This document shows positions 13,066 to 25,300 of a stretch of 64,000 nucleotides of DNA, piece after piece (positions within the stretch are counted from its first letter, which is position 1; every line of letters begins with the position of its first letter). The position numbers and the translations under genes are program-made. The notes beneath the pieces were generated by a model, which saw only the letters and a program-made list of their open reading frames with translations, was not told the DNA's origin and searched no databases. The stretch comes from Sphagnum compactum (Eukaryota), in NCBI GenBank assembly GCA_965153455.1, contig OZ234493.1, positions 21,814,213 through 21,878,212 of the forward strand, in the 5' to 3' direction.

Positions 13066-13776
13066 ACAAAATGTAGGTATTGCATTTAGGGTAGGATCTT
13101 CGTATAAAGAAGGCTTAAACACCACATGCGTATTTTTGGTGTGACCCAAAATGCAAGTATTGCATTTAGGGTAGGATCTTCATATAAAGAAGCTTAAACC
13201 CTACATGCGTTCTTTCGGAGTGGCCCAAATTGCAGGTATTGCATTTAGGGTTGGGTTATTTCAAAGTGATTTTGCATATGCATATTGTGTTTAGGGCTAG
13301 GTCTTCACTTAAAGGTATCCAAACCATTTAGATGGGTTTTTTTTAAATGTGGGTATTGCATTTAGGCTTGTTTTTTCATTTCAACTTGAAATACCCAAAC
13401 TTATATTTACCTCTACCAACTGGAATTTTGGGGTTTCGTTGCAATACCTACACCCGTACTTACCTTTACTAACTAGAATTTTGAGGTATTACTTGCACTT
13501 GTATTTACTTTTACCAACTGGGATTTTGGGGCCTAATTATAATACCTGTATTTAACACTAATATTATTATTATCCTTGTGTTTTTGCATTTCACACTTTT
13601 TGTGTTTATTACTTGGAAACAATAATAAGCTTTGTGCCATATTAGACTTCATGTGTGTGTTGAATACATGATGTTCAAATAATTTGGGCTATGGTTTCCT
13701 CCATACAAAATTGATTCTAAAACAAAAATTTTAGTGCCAATGGCAACAATCTTGATTAGTAATTGAGACATTTATT
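13066..13776. repeat. Internal duplicate of 7260-8058 in MULE copy 1
   Basis: 79-bp repeats followed by collinear sequence ending caatcttgattag(c/t)aattga(a/g)acatttatt; absent at the equivalent place in the 21107-37908 copy. Confidence 0.85.
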
Positions 13777-14967
13777 AAAGTAAAATATTAGTTTTGAAAT
13801 ATATGAACCAAATTCCTATACATTAAATCATAAAGCATAACCCTACAAATCCAAATGATATTTTGCCATAAGCCTTATTACAACCCTAACTATACAAACC
13901 CTAACAAAAAAAAGATTTAGTGATATATGCCCTAAACCCAAAAAACTATACAAACTATACAAATCATATAATGCAAAATAAACAAATTTAAAAAAACATA
14001 GGAAAAAATTTAGAAACCAAAATTCAAAGGTTTTAAATTATAAATATTTATTAACTGAAAGAAAATATGTTAATCTTTAAAAATAATGAAATAAATTTCG
14101 TACAAAACCAAAAAAGAAAATATGTCTTTTACCTTTGTGTGATTTTTCCAACCTAAATTTTCCACTCTTTTTGAAGAAGGTATAAAATGCAATTGTATTA
14201 CTTCACATATGTGTAAACCTTAAAAATTTCCCCCCAAATTTAGCTTACTTTAAATTAATTACTATACATTTATGAAAAACTTATCAATTAATTTATGTGT
14301 CTCAACCCTAAACCTAATGGTTAAGTTAGTAGGGTATGTAATTAATAGAGTGGCTAGGTTAGTAGGGTAGGTGGTTAGTACAGTAGCTTGGTTAGTGGTG
14401 TGACCCAAAATGCAAGTATTGCATTTAGGGTATGATCTTCATATAAAGATGCTTAAACCCCACATGCGTACTTTCGAAATGGCCCAAAATGCAGGTATTG
14501 CAATTAGGGTAGGGTCTTTGTATAAAGAAAGCTTGAACCCCACATGCGTACTTTCGAAATGGCCCAAAATGCAAGTATTGCATTTAGGGTAAGGTTTTTA
14601 GGGTAGGGTATGTAATTGATAGGGTAGCTAGGTTAGTAGGGTAGGTGGTTAGTACAGTAGCTAGGTCAATAGGATAACTAGGTATTAGGGTAGCTGTGTC
14701 AGTAGGGGATAATAAATAAGGTACCAAGGTTGGTGCAGTACTTATGAAGGTAGAAAAGTGAGCAGGGTAGAAAAGTGAGCAAGGTAGCTATGTGTGAGGT
14801 CAGGTCCAGGGAAAAACGACCAAGAACCAAAAAAAAAAGTACAATGGTCAGTAGCAAAAAGAAATGGACTGTCATGAACCCCATCCGGCTCCGAATGAAA
14901 AAATGCAAGGCATCCAGTGGACAGAACGGCCAACTGGTGCATTGGTGGCTGCTGGTTCACTCTGGCC

Positions 14968-16698
14968 CCTCAGGTGAATTTCTTAAACAGAAAAACATCA
15001 GAGATAAGAAGAGGTGTGGTAATGAACTGTTAGGACAATTGAAATGTGGAACCTTCCACACATATGCATGCCATCTCCTATAGCTAGGATATTATAGGGA
15101 GCTCTTTATCAATGAAGAAAGAATCAGTGTTGGCCGATTCTAGTTACCGGGTTACCTGGATCCTGGGTTTTTAATTTGGAATTTTTTTTACAACTGGAAC
15201 CAAAATGGGAACCAGTCAGCAACAAGAACCAAAACTGGGAACCGGCATTCAGTTAGAACCGGACCTAGAACCAGAACTGACCCCAAAACGCATTGCATAT
15301 AATTTTGGTTCTTCACTTTTTAAACTTTAAAATTCAAGCTTTCAAGTTGTTTTTCCCCCTTTCTGACTGAGGTTAGACAGGTTATTAGTTTGAGAAAAAC
15401 ATGGTGGATCAGAATAATAACAGCATCAATTTTTGAATAATAATTTGGGCTGGGCATGGGGTAGCACTAGGCATGTAGATCTTACTTCTGGAAAATGTCT
15501 CAAGTATGCAATTTTTAGAAAAAGAAAATTATTTATTTTATATATGGTCACATTCCATTGGTGGTTCAGTGCTACTAACTAGGAGAAAATAAGTTTTAGA
15601 CTCTGTGCAGGTATGTAAAACTAGATCTGATTTAGAACTGGACTCAGTTAAGGATTTATTTATTAAGAACTGTCCTGAAATGTGAAGAACTGGGTCTGGA
15701 ACTGGAGGTTCTATAATATATCCTTTAAAATCCCTGAACCACAACCTGGGGTTCTTTCACAAAAGAAAAATTGTAGGTTGGGAACCAGGCCCAGAGGTTC
15801 TCTTCAAAACTAAGAACCACCCAACACAAAAAATAACAAATGAGGGATGTTAAGCGTGCAAAACATTCGTTATAGGCGTGTATGTAATAAGAGCATCTCC
15901 ACTCCAAAATTGTAAACAATTCATTTGTGTTAAAATAGAATAGTGTTCAATGATCACTGTCCCCACCCACAAACGTCATAAAAGTCCCTTTAAACAGTCA
16001 AAATCATTTATATCTTTACATCTGGACGAGTAATTGTCACAGTCCAAATCCATAGTAGAAAAAAGATTTTAAAGGGGTTAAAATGACCATTTTTGAAACA
16101 GTCAAAATCATTTATATCTTTACATCTGGACGAGTAATTGTCACTGTCCAAATCCATCGTAGCAAAAAGATTTTAAAGGGGTTAAAATGACCATTGCAAA
16201 ATGGACATCAATACAGTAGCGGAGCAGGATTCACAACATCCCACTGCAAGATTTAATCAAAAGGGGTGTTTGCAAGTGTGGGGTGGAGATGCTCTAAGGA
16301 CATCACACAGAAAATTCTCTAAAATATGGCATATCACACCTGATAATTGCCCATCAAATACTAAATCAAAATTTCGCCTGGTTTTTATTACTGTTTCTGT
16401 CGCCATGCTATCTAGTCCACACGGTGTGGTTTTTCCTCCATTCAAGAGTCATCGGTATGGCATCTTGTCCATGCCGTATGGTTTTCCCTCCTGTCAAGAG
16501 TGGGGTAAGGTGTAATGAGTAAAAGTCTGAAATAAAGGCTGGCTCTTACATATACACAGTTTCTGAGACTTCCTTGCTGCTTTCCTTGTACTGTCACAGT
16601 CTACAATTCCTCCCATCTTCGGCAATAGTACACTCTGCAACTTGTTGACTTGTGCGCCCATTATGGAGCTCTTTGACAGAAATGCTCTGAACCTGCAG
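14968..16698. repeat. Segmental duplication block, copy A part 2 (paralog of ~45960-47243)
   Basis: aatttcttaaacagaaaaac...gagataagaagaggtgtg is shared; homology continues to acagaaatgctc...tgcag (16698 vs ~47243). Confidence 0.85.
15992..16195 (+). repeat. 104-bp direct duplication
   Basis: aaacagtcaaaatcatttatatc...ggggttaaaatgaccatt at 15992 and 16096. Confidence 0.9.
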
Positions 16699-19600
16699 GG
16701 CCGGAGTGCCCCAGCCCCCATAACTGCACCAGTTCCGTTTGGGATGAACTTGAGTTCATCCCAATTATTGGATCTCCTGCAGGCATTGAGGTTGGGTCAC
16801 TTTTTCTTCTTTTTTCTCCCTCACTTACCTCAAGGCTACCCATAAAAAAAACTTATTTGGCTGCCCAAGCATTTCAAACCCCAACTACCTACCTGACTTT
16901 TGCATCTACTTACCTCCGCCACGTCAAAAACCCTAAACCTCGTCGCCACTCAAACCTTGCCGTTGTAGTTTATAGGAGGAGAGGAACATTGTTGTAGCTA
17001 GAACTTGAGCGTAGCCAAGATAGGAGCCAGAACTTGAGTGTGAATGTAGTCATTGTTTCAAGGAAAGGTCATTGTTGTAATTTGGTTTTGGAGCAAATGA
17101 GTTGTTAAATGATTAGGAACCAAGTGTTGCTACAACATAGCAACTTAATATTGCTACAACATTGGAGTGCAACAAAATGTTGCTACAAAATCAAAGTGCA
17201 AGGAAGATGGTGTTACAAAAGACAGTGCTAGAGCAATGCTTGAAAAAACGTTGCTAAAGACAGTGCAACAAAAGATGTTGCTGAAACGCTGTTATAAAAA
17301 ACATTGTTAAACTGTTGTTGCAGAAGATGCTACCCTAGAAAACAACCTCTGCATTTGTGGCAAGTAAATGTACAACAACCCTTTTTTTTTTCTTTTTTTT
17401 TCTTTCTGGTCTATGTCCCCTTGCAAAAAAGATGATTATGAGCGTTGCGTTCGACATCACCTTCTAGTCTTCTTATGAAACCAGGGCAGAAAACAATGAC
17501 AAGTGCAACATTCGTTGTCATCTTCTAGTCTTCTTATGAAACCAGGGCAAAAGATAAAGACAAATGTACTTCATCATCATTTTCTACATTTTTTTCTTGC
17601 ATTGCAGAAGATGACAATGAGTTGAAAGGTTCGTCATCATCTTCCGTTGGTTTATTTTGGGTTGTAAAAAATGACAACGAGCCTCATGGCTCGTCGTCGT
17701 CTCTTGGTTTTTTTCCTTGTTGTCTTATAGTAGTATATTTGGACTAGTATTTTGGAGTTTGCATTGAGGCATTTGATCCAAGGAAACATTCCTCTAAATT
17801 CACAATTAGTGCATGACTTTATTATGTAACGACAAGAAAATAAAATAATAATGGTTTCATTGACAAACAATTTGTGAATGCCAAATGTCTTCTGCAAGAA
17901 ATCAAGGAAGTGGGAAGTAGGTAAGGAAGTTAAAAATGAAAACATTCTAAAAATGTGATCCATGAGGAGAGAGTTTGGTAGCTTACTATAGTGATGTTCC
18001 TTCAGCCTAGACCCCATTGCTGCTTGCTTTTGGATTAGAGCTGGAAAGAAGGACCACCCCTTGTCTCTATGTGTGTGGGCATTAAGGAGCAGCCAACCAA
18101 GTGTTTTATATTTACAAAAGATGATGACGAACCTCCCGGCTCGTCTTTTGTGTTTTCTTCTTCAATTACAGAAGACAACGACAAGCCAAAAGGCTCATCG
18201 TCGTCTTGTGGTTTTTTTTTTGGGTTGTAGAAAATGATGACAAGCCTCCTGGCTCATTGTCATCTTATGGGTTTTTTTCTTGGGTTAAAAAAGACGACGA
18301 CAAGCCTCCCAATTCATTATCACCTTGTGGTTTTTTTTCTTTGGGTTGCAAAAGATGATGACAAATTACAAAGCTCATCATCGACTTGTTTTTCTTGAGT
18401 TGCACAAGACGACCAGGAGCCTCTCGGCTCATCGTTGTTTTGTGCTAATTTTTCTTCAATGGCAAAAAACGATAACGAACCGGGAGCTCATTGTCATCTT
18501 GTGGTTTTTTTTCTTGGGTTGCAAAAGATGACAACAAGCTAGGAAGTTGCTCATCATCTTCTGCTTATTTTTTTGAGTTGCACAAGATGATGACAAGCCT
18601 CTCGACTCATCATCTTGTGCTAGTTTTTCTTAGGTTGCAAAAAATGATGATGAGCCGAGAAGTTCATCATTGTTTAGTGCATTTTTTTCGTTGTTACACA
18701 CAAAGGCGCCACATGTCATGCCCAAGAATTAATGTAATTATTATTTTTTTAAATTATTAAAAATAATAATATAAATGAATTAAATGTAGATAATTAGTCA
18801 ATATAACCAAATATTTATAATAAATATAAATGTAATAATTTAGTTTTATGATTATTATATTAATTAAATTGAATATAATGAAGAATATAAATACAATAAT
18901 TAGATTTTATAATTAGATTATATTAATTAATTTTAATCAAAAGTAATACTTCTAAATTGCAGGCATCTAAGCCTTGAAATATAATGAACAATATTTATTA
19001 TTATCAATAGTAGGAACATTTAATTTTGCAATTTTTCTTGCTACAAGTTGTTTTTCTATAAAAAAGTTGTAGCAGGTTGGAAAAAATAAGTTATTATTCA
19101 TTTTTATATGTTGTTTGTAATTGTTTGTTTAAGGGAGCTTGAAGTTCCTCAACAGTGGTGGCAATCATCACTATTGGGGAGATTCAAAGTTTTTTTTTTT
19201 TTGGATTGATTGTTGTTTAAAGATTTGAGTGCTTTTGTTGTAAGATGGCACGTCCCCGAAAAAAACTTCAACGCTAAGGAAAGGTGACTATTGATAATTA
19301 ACAACAAATGAATGTTGTAGCAAATGAGGCATAGTTATGACATTCTTGGTGCGAGAATGTTATGGAAGCCCAAATAAGCAAGAATTTTAACGAATTTTAT
19401 AGATCAACCACTGTAATTTGGTAAACATTCGCGGGTCAAGAATGTTTTGACAAGGTGCTAAATGAAGAATTTTAAAGAATTTTAATGTGCAAAATGAAGA
19501 ATGTCATCACTAGGAAATGAGGAAGAAAGTGAAGTGAAACAAAGAATTATCATCTATACTCCTATTTTTGATGGTAAACCCTAAACCCATTCCTATTCTT

Positions 19601-20675
19601 GAAAGTAATTTTTTTGTGATAGATGATATGTTTCACATGATAGGGTTTAAAAGAGTGTCATGTAACACATTGTGAATAAAAAATCCCAATCCAAACTATA
19701 AACCCCATCTTCGTTCTCTATTTGAAAATGGGGATGGAGTTTTTTTTTGCCCATTTTTTTCCAAGAAATATCCTCATCATTTTAAGGGTTTACTTGCTAG
19801 CCTATTTGTAATGCCCTCCTTGTATTAGGGTTTTCTTGTTAGTTTTTAATACTTTCATATTTTTAAAGTTCTTTTGTTGGTTTATTTGTAATACCTTCAT
19901 ATTTTGTAAGATTTTCTTACTAGTCTGTTTGCAATACCTTCATATTTTGTAAGGTTTTATTGCTCCCATATTTGCAATACTTTCATCAATCTCAAGGATT
20001 ATTTGCTGGTTTGATTTTAAATGTTGTTCTTGTAGGGGTTCTGGTGGCTTCACATGAAAGTGATCAAGTAGAAATACCAGCAAGTCATGCAATGGAAGAT
20101 GCAAATTGGGTTCACGAAGGGTCGAGGTGGAAATGCAAGATCAATGGATGCACCGACACTTATGTGGCTAAATGGTTGTTTTGTCAACATTTGGACAACA
20201 AACACAGGCTTCGCATGGAGGTAGGCAAATATGGTTGTTTTTCTATTCATGTTGGGGGACCAAAACAACAAAATCACCATGTTATGAATGTTTGAATTTT
20301 GAACAATCACATCCAAGGCAAAAACGAAATGAAAATAAGGCCTTTGATCGAATGGAGAAAAAAATGGAATCAAAGTGGGATGAACTCCAAGCCCAAGCCC
20401 AACAAATGGAACAGGTTAAATGGCCTTTGTTGGTATGTTTAGCCTCCAAGATCTTGTTGGGCATCATTGCGATTCCTGCATGAGGGGTGGAGTGCATGGG
20501 TGCACCTTGAAATGGATGAGAACCCTGTTAAGATAATTGAAAGAAGCAAAATTACCTATGTAAAGCCTTTAAAAGTTGCATGGGGTGCTCGGAATCAAAC
20601 ATTGGAGTCTAATAAGCGTAACTTAGCCCAAGAAATGGGTACAATTTCAAAATCACTCATGGGTGGTATATTTCC
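16699..20675. mobile_element. Left half of a sister MULE family (family B)
   Basis: GGCCGGAGTGCCCCAGCCCCCATAACTGCACCAGTT matches the family A TIR at 28/36 and starts exactly where host-block homology stops; same layout of ctacc tract, hairpin array (~17430-18700) and C2H2 gene. Confidence 0.75.
20036..20675 (+). pseudogene. Family B C2H2 zinc-finger accessory gene, main exon, disrupted
   Basis: WVHEGSRWKCKINGCTDTYVAKWLFCQHLDNKH aligns to WTKVGSKWKCKVGTCIVAYCAKWLLTKHLKEVH; downstream LASKILL/LKVAW match LASEQLL/LKTAW; frameshifts and stops. Confidence 0.75.
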
Positions 20676-21094
20676 TGACGCGCTCCCAAGTTCCTAGTTA
20701 AACCCAAAATGGGTCTAAGTTACTCAAATAGCGGAATTGTGAGGAACTCGGGGCACACTCCCAGCTCTCAACACTAAAAGGGGTAGAGGGGCGTGCTGAA
20801 GCTCCGGGATGGGACTAAAAAGAGTGACAAGCTTTTAATTACTCATTCGCATCTGCATCGAACCAACCAACAAGTTGGTTAGATCACTTTCTGGAGCACT
20901 TTTAGTGCTAGGACAAGCCACGGGCAACTCTGGACTCACAAGACTCACCACGGCCCGAACTCGAGGGAAGCCACCACCTTCCCCCATATAGTATTCTCTG
21001 CACCTCTCCGCGGCACCTACATCCGAATGGCTTTTTGTCCCGAGACTCCCAAGGAGGAATCCCGAAACTGTCTCGGTTTGGACTCCCGCAACTT
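20676..21094. mobile_element. Truncated LTR-like repeat fragment
   Basis: Abrupt GC-richer insert starting TG (tgacgcgctcccaag) that interrupts the family B exon; resembles an abundant moss LTR end from memory; no second end or TSD. Confidence 0.5.
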
Positions 21095-21106
21095 TACCCG
21101 CAACTT

Positions 21107-22354
21107 ATGTTGTTGCATCAGATCAAGAAATTGGTGAGCAAAATGGTGCTCTATCATAATTGAAACACAAGAATAACAGTTTGGTATAGATTGTTTTAGA
21201 ATTTATGGACATCAGATTAAATAAAGATTCAAAAAATTATACAAATTTCTTGAAGTTTAATTATATCCGCACCTTCCATCATTTGTTGGAAGGAGTGGGA
21301 TTTTTTTTATCAAATTTTTTTTATTGCAATACCTAAAAACAATTCATGTTTATAGGAGTAGTATGTGATTGTGTGATTTTATGTTTTGTAATACCTACGT
21401 TCTGTTTTTTGAACTCTCATTTTTTGGTTTAGGTCCAGAACTTAAAACTGACCAGGCTTCTCAGCCACTTGCACTTCTTTGTCGACCTAATTTGGTTCAG
21501 AAGGACAAAGAATGGACGAAGGTTGGGTCGAAATGGAAGTGCAAAGTTGACACTTGCATTGTCGCATATTGTGCCAAATGGTTGTTGACCAAACATTTGA
21601 AGGAGGTGCATGGCTTGGTGGTAGAAAAGGCCAAACCTGGGAGGCCTTTAACTTCTGCAGGAGGTCCTCGACATCAAGACCATGCCAAAATGAATGCTCG
21701 CATCTTAAGAAATGCCATGGCTGTGCAAAGGCGGAATGATCAAAAAGTTGCTAGTCACGTTCGTGCCAAAGCACAACGCGAGTGGAATCACCTGGTAGCT
21801 ATTGCAAAACAGTGTCCACCACTCCCAAAACCAGTTTTGGTCAAATTAGCTTCAGAGCAATTGTTGAAGGTGTTGGGCCTCAATGCCTTGGGCATGGGCA
21901 GTGTGCCTCGAGATGTAACATCACGGATGGAGAAGGATGAAGATTTATAAAGGATGATTCGATCCACCCGTTGTGTATATGCACGACAATTGAAGACGGC
22001 ATGGGATGTCAAAAATTGGGATCAAGAGTCCAGTAAAACAAGTCGGACAAAACAGTTGGCAGATGTTTTAGATTTTCATGAATCTAGAATGATTCATGGA
22101 AGGTAAGAAACAATAATAAGCAATGTTTAATGTTTTTTTATTGTATTTCATCGAAGGTGTGTTACGGTTTAATTTGGTGTTTTTTTGGTGTTTATAGGGT
22201 TTAGGACAAAACAAAGGAAGAGTTTGTTGCAAATGCAGTTCAAGTTGAGATGCAACGCCGCCATTTTTACATTGTTCATCATGCAGCAAAAGCTGCAAAT
22301 GCAGCAGCTGCATACCGAGCTAAACACAGGATTGTAGATATTGATATGGGTTAG
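21107..22354 (+). pseudogene. C2H2 zinc-finger accessory gene, 5'-truncated copy
   Basis: Exons 21433-22102 (670 nt) and 22198-22354 (157 nt) are the same lengths as in copy 1; ORF 21369-21950 carries the finger; stop at 21948. Confidence 0.82.
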
Positions 22355-25300
22355 GGTTTCACTTTATATAATTAGTTAGGTTTTGTAACCCTTTTATTTT
22401 TTGGACTACCCAATTTTGAACTTCGATCCTTCGATATGTTATAGAGAACCAACGTTTTTTTTTCATTGGGTTTTTTAGTAATTTTTCATGCACCCATTTT
22501 TGTACATCTTTTATCAATATAATAATATCTTCTACTCACACTTATTTGATGGGTATATGGTTAATCATATATGTCTTCTTTGTCATAATTTTCTTAGTAT
22601 TTGAGACGTAAGAATCAAACCAAAAATCAAAATGAACATTTTGCAATACTTACATCTAATATAATAGGATTCACATCACTTGAGGACTTTTAAAACAATA
22701 CACACATTTTAAACATATAATACCTACATCATTTTCTATTATAAACTCCATAAGGCCATTTTCAAATATGCAATACCCGCACATAAGTCCTAAAATAGCT
22801 GGAGGCATTTTGCATTCATTGTAATACTCGCATATAAGTCCCATAATAGCCACTGGCATTTTGCATTCCTTACAATACCCGCATATAAGTCCCATAATAG
22901 TCACTGGTATTTTGCATTCCTTGCAATACCCGCATATAAGTCCCATAATAGCCACTGGCATTTTGCATTCCTTGCAATACCCGCATATGGGCCAGAAATA
23001 GTCGCTGACATTCTACATTCATTGCAATACCCGCATATGGGTCCCGTGGTAGTCGCTGGGTTTTTTTAACATCTCTCGCAATACCCATATATAAGTCCCA
23101 CAATAGTTGCTGGTTTTTTACATTCATTGCAAAACTTACATTTTGTCATAAAATTAATTCAAAATAATAATTAATTTAGGTATATAAAAAGACATATTCT
23201 GGGTACCCAGACCACTTATTAGTTATTTTGAAATGACGTTACATGCGAGTATTGCATTTAGGGTTTAGGGTCTTCACATAAGGTTTGCCTCAATCACCTA
23301 TAGATTATTTCAGTATGAACTTGCATGTAAGTATTGCATCTAGGCCTTGGTCTTCATTCAAAGGCGCACCCAAACTACATATTGGGTATTTCAAAGCGAC
23401 CTTACATGTGGATATTACATTTAAGGTTGCCCTTTCATTGTAGGTTTTACCTTATTCACCTATGGGTTATTTTGAAATAAACATGAATATGACTATTGCA
23501 TTTAGGGTTAAGGTTTCATATAATTTTGCAATATCCACACACGTACTTACTTTCACCATTTGTAAATTTAGCCATAATTTTTTTAATAATTAAATAAAAT
23601 TTGTAACAAAACACAAAAAAAGGTATGTCTCTTACCATTTGTTAATCTCCAAGCTGATCTCTTTCAATTTCTTTAAAAATATGTATTGTATTGTTTTGCA
23701 TATAAAATTCCCCCTATAATGCATCGTAGATTTATTTTATTTACTATTAACTTGTAAAAAAACTGTTAATTAATTTACGGTTTCCCAAACTCTAAATTTG
23801 AATCATATTCCAATAGTATATACTTATAACAGTTATATGAAAAAATGTGTTTTCTTTTTGATAAATTCATTTAGTTCAAATTTAAAATGTTATAAACTAT
23901 CATAAATGCTTATTAGGCTTACATGGCCTAGGCTAGTATATTACCTATATAACTAGTAGGTTTACTTAATAAACTCAACCACCTTCAATACCTACATAGA
24001 CCATCTAAGATATTAACTTAGAAGGCCTACATTAATGAATAAACTACATAATAGGCCTATATTACGTAGGTAGCCTATTAGGTAGTTAATTAGGCTTCTT
24101 AACAAATAGCTTACTAACCTATTACTCATGTTTAGGTTAGGTTGTTTAGTTTGGTCAATGTCGACACTTTAGTCAATCTGACAACCAAGCTTAGGTTTGA
24201 GCTTTTCTTGAAGCTTACTTGTCAAGGCTATAAATTCTTGGTTTTTTTTTATGAACACTATTATGTTTTCTAGATAGTCAAGTCATTTTTCCCCTTTTGA
24301 AGGTGTTGAAAACATTACATAACAGCTTGGCCCTCACAAAGCTTTTAAAATCCACATAAACTCTAGCATGATGTCTAGGAGCTTATGAACATTTTCATAC
24401 CTAGTTATTAATCTTTTGGAAATTTTAAACTCGCATTAAAAACAAAGTTCATTAAAAATCGCAATATACGTAACCATAGGTTTATATATATATAATTATA
24501 AATAAATGTGAAAATATTATATGTATTGAAATGGATCAACAGTATAATTCCATAATATCATTATTTATATATTATGTGTTATAAATAACAATATATTTTG
24601 ACCAATATTAAAACCAATATTATACATCATAAAAAATAAAGTTTACATAAGGACTTGTGTTATATATGTATAGAATATAAAATATTTTTGACCCACTATA
24701 TGATTATTTTAACCAAGAACTTATTTACTATATATCAAAAAAGTATAAAATAAAATTTTAATCAAACATAGGATTAATATGTGGGAGAGATCATTTTTAT
24801 TATTATGTGAAACAAAAAATAAAAATTAAAATTATGTGCTTTTATTTTTTTAAAACATTATTTAAAATCTGATTAAATTAAAAACTTTATATTTATGTTT
24901 TTTGAAATGAGCATACAACTTTAAAAGGGGGGAAAAAAAAAATGAACATCTTTGAAGAAATTTTAAGCTTGAACTTTTTATTTTTTGATTTCGACAAATT
25001 TTGTATTGCATTCAAGGTTAGGTTTTCACATAAGGTTTGCTTCTTACCTTTGTGTGATAACTCCAACCTAATTTTCCCAATCTCTTTGAAGAAGATATAG
25101 AATGAGATTGTATTGTTTCACATATGTCTAAACCCAAAAAAATTCCCCCCAATTTAATATAAAATATTTCTGATAATACATGAATTATCAACAAATTTTG
25201 TCATATAATTAAATAATTAATAGACCATTATTTCAGATATTTAAATGATTAATTATCAAGAATTAGATAATCATTTATTTATTTAAAATAATTAACTAAT

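Larger units (their letters stand above)
2198..14967. mobile_element. Complete Mutator-like DNA transposon (family A, copy 1), 12,770 bp
   Basis: 37-bp TIRs GGCTGGAGTGAACCAGCAGCCACCAATGCACCAGTTG (2198-2234 and 14931-14967, 2 mismatches); 9-bp TSD cctcaggtg at 2189-2197 and 14968-14976; empty paralogous site near 45955; internal MULE transposase. Confidence 0.95.

Noticed and set aside
22671-23127. Cys-rich repeat ORF (MGLICGYCKECK)
   Set aside because: Translation of the 51-bp DNA repeat; period and frame are not kept at 5620-5895
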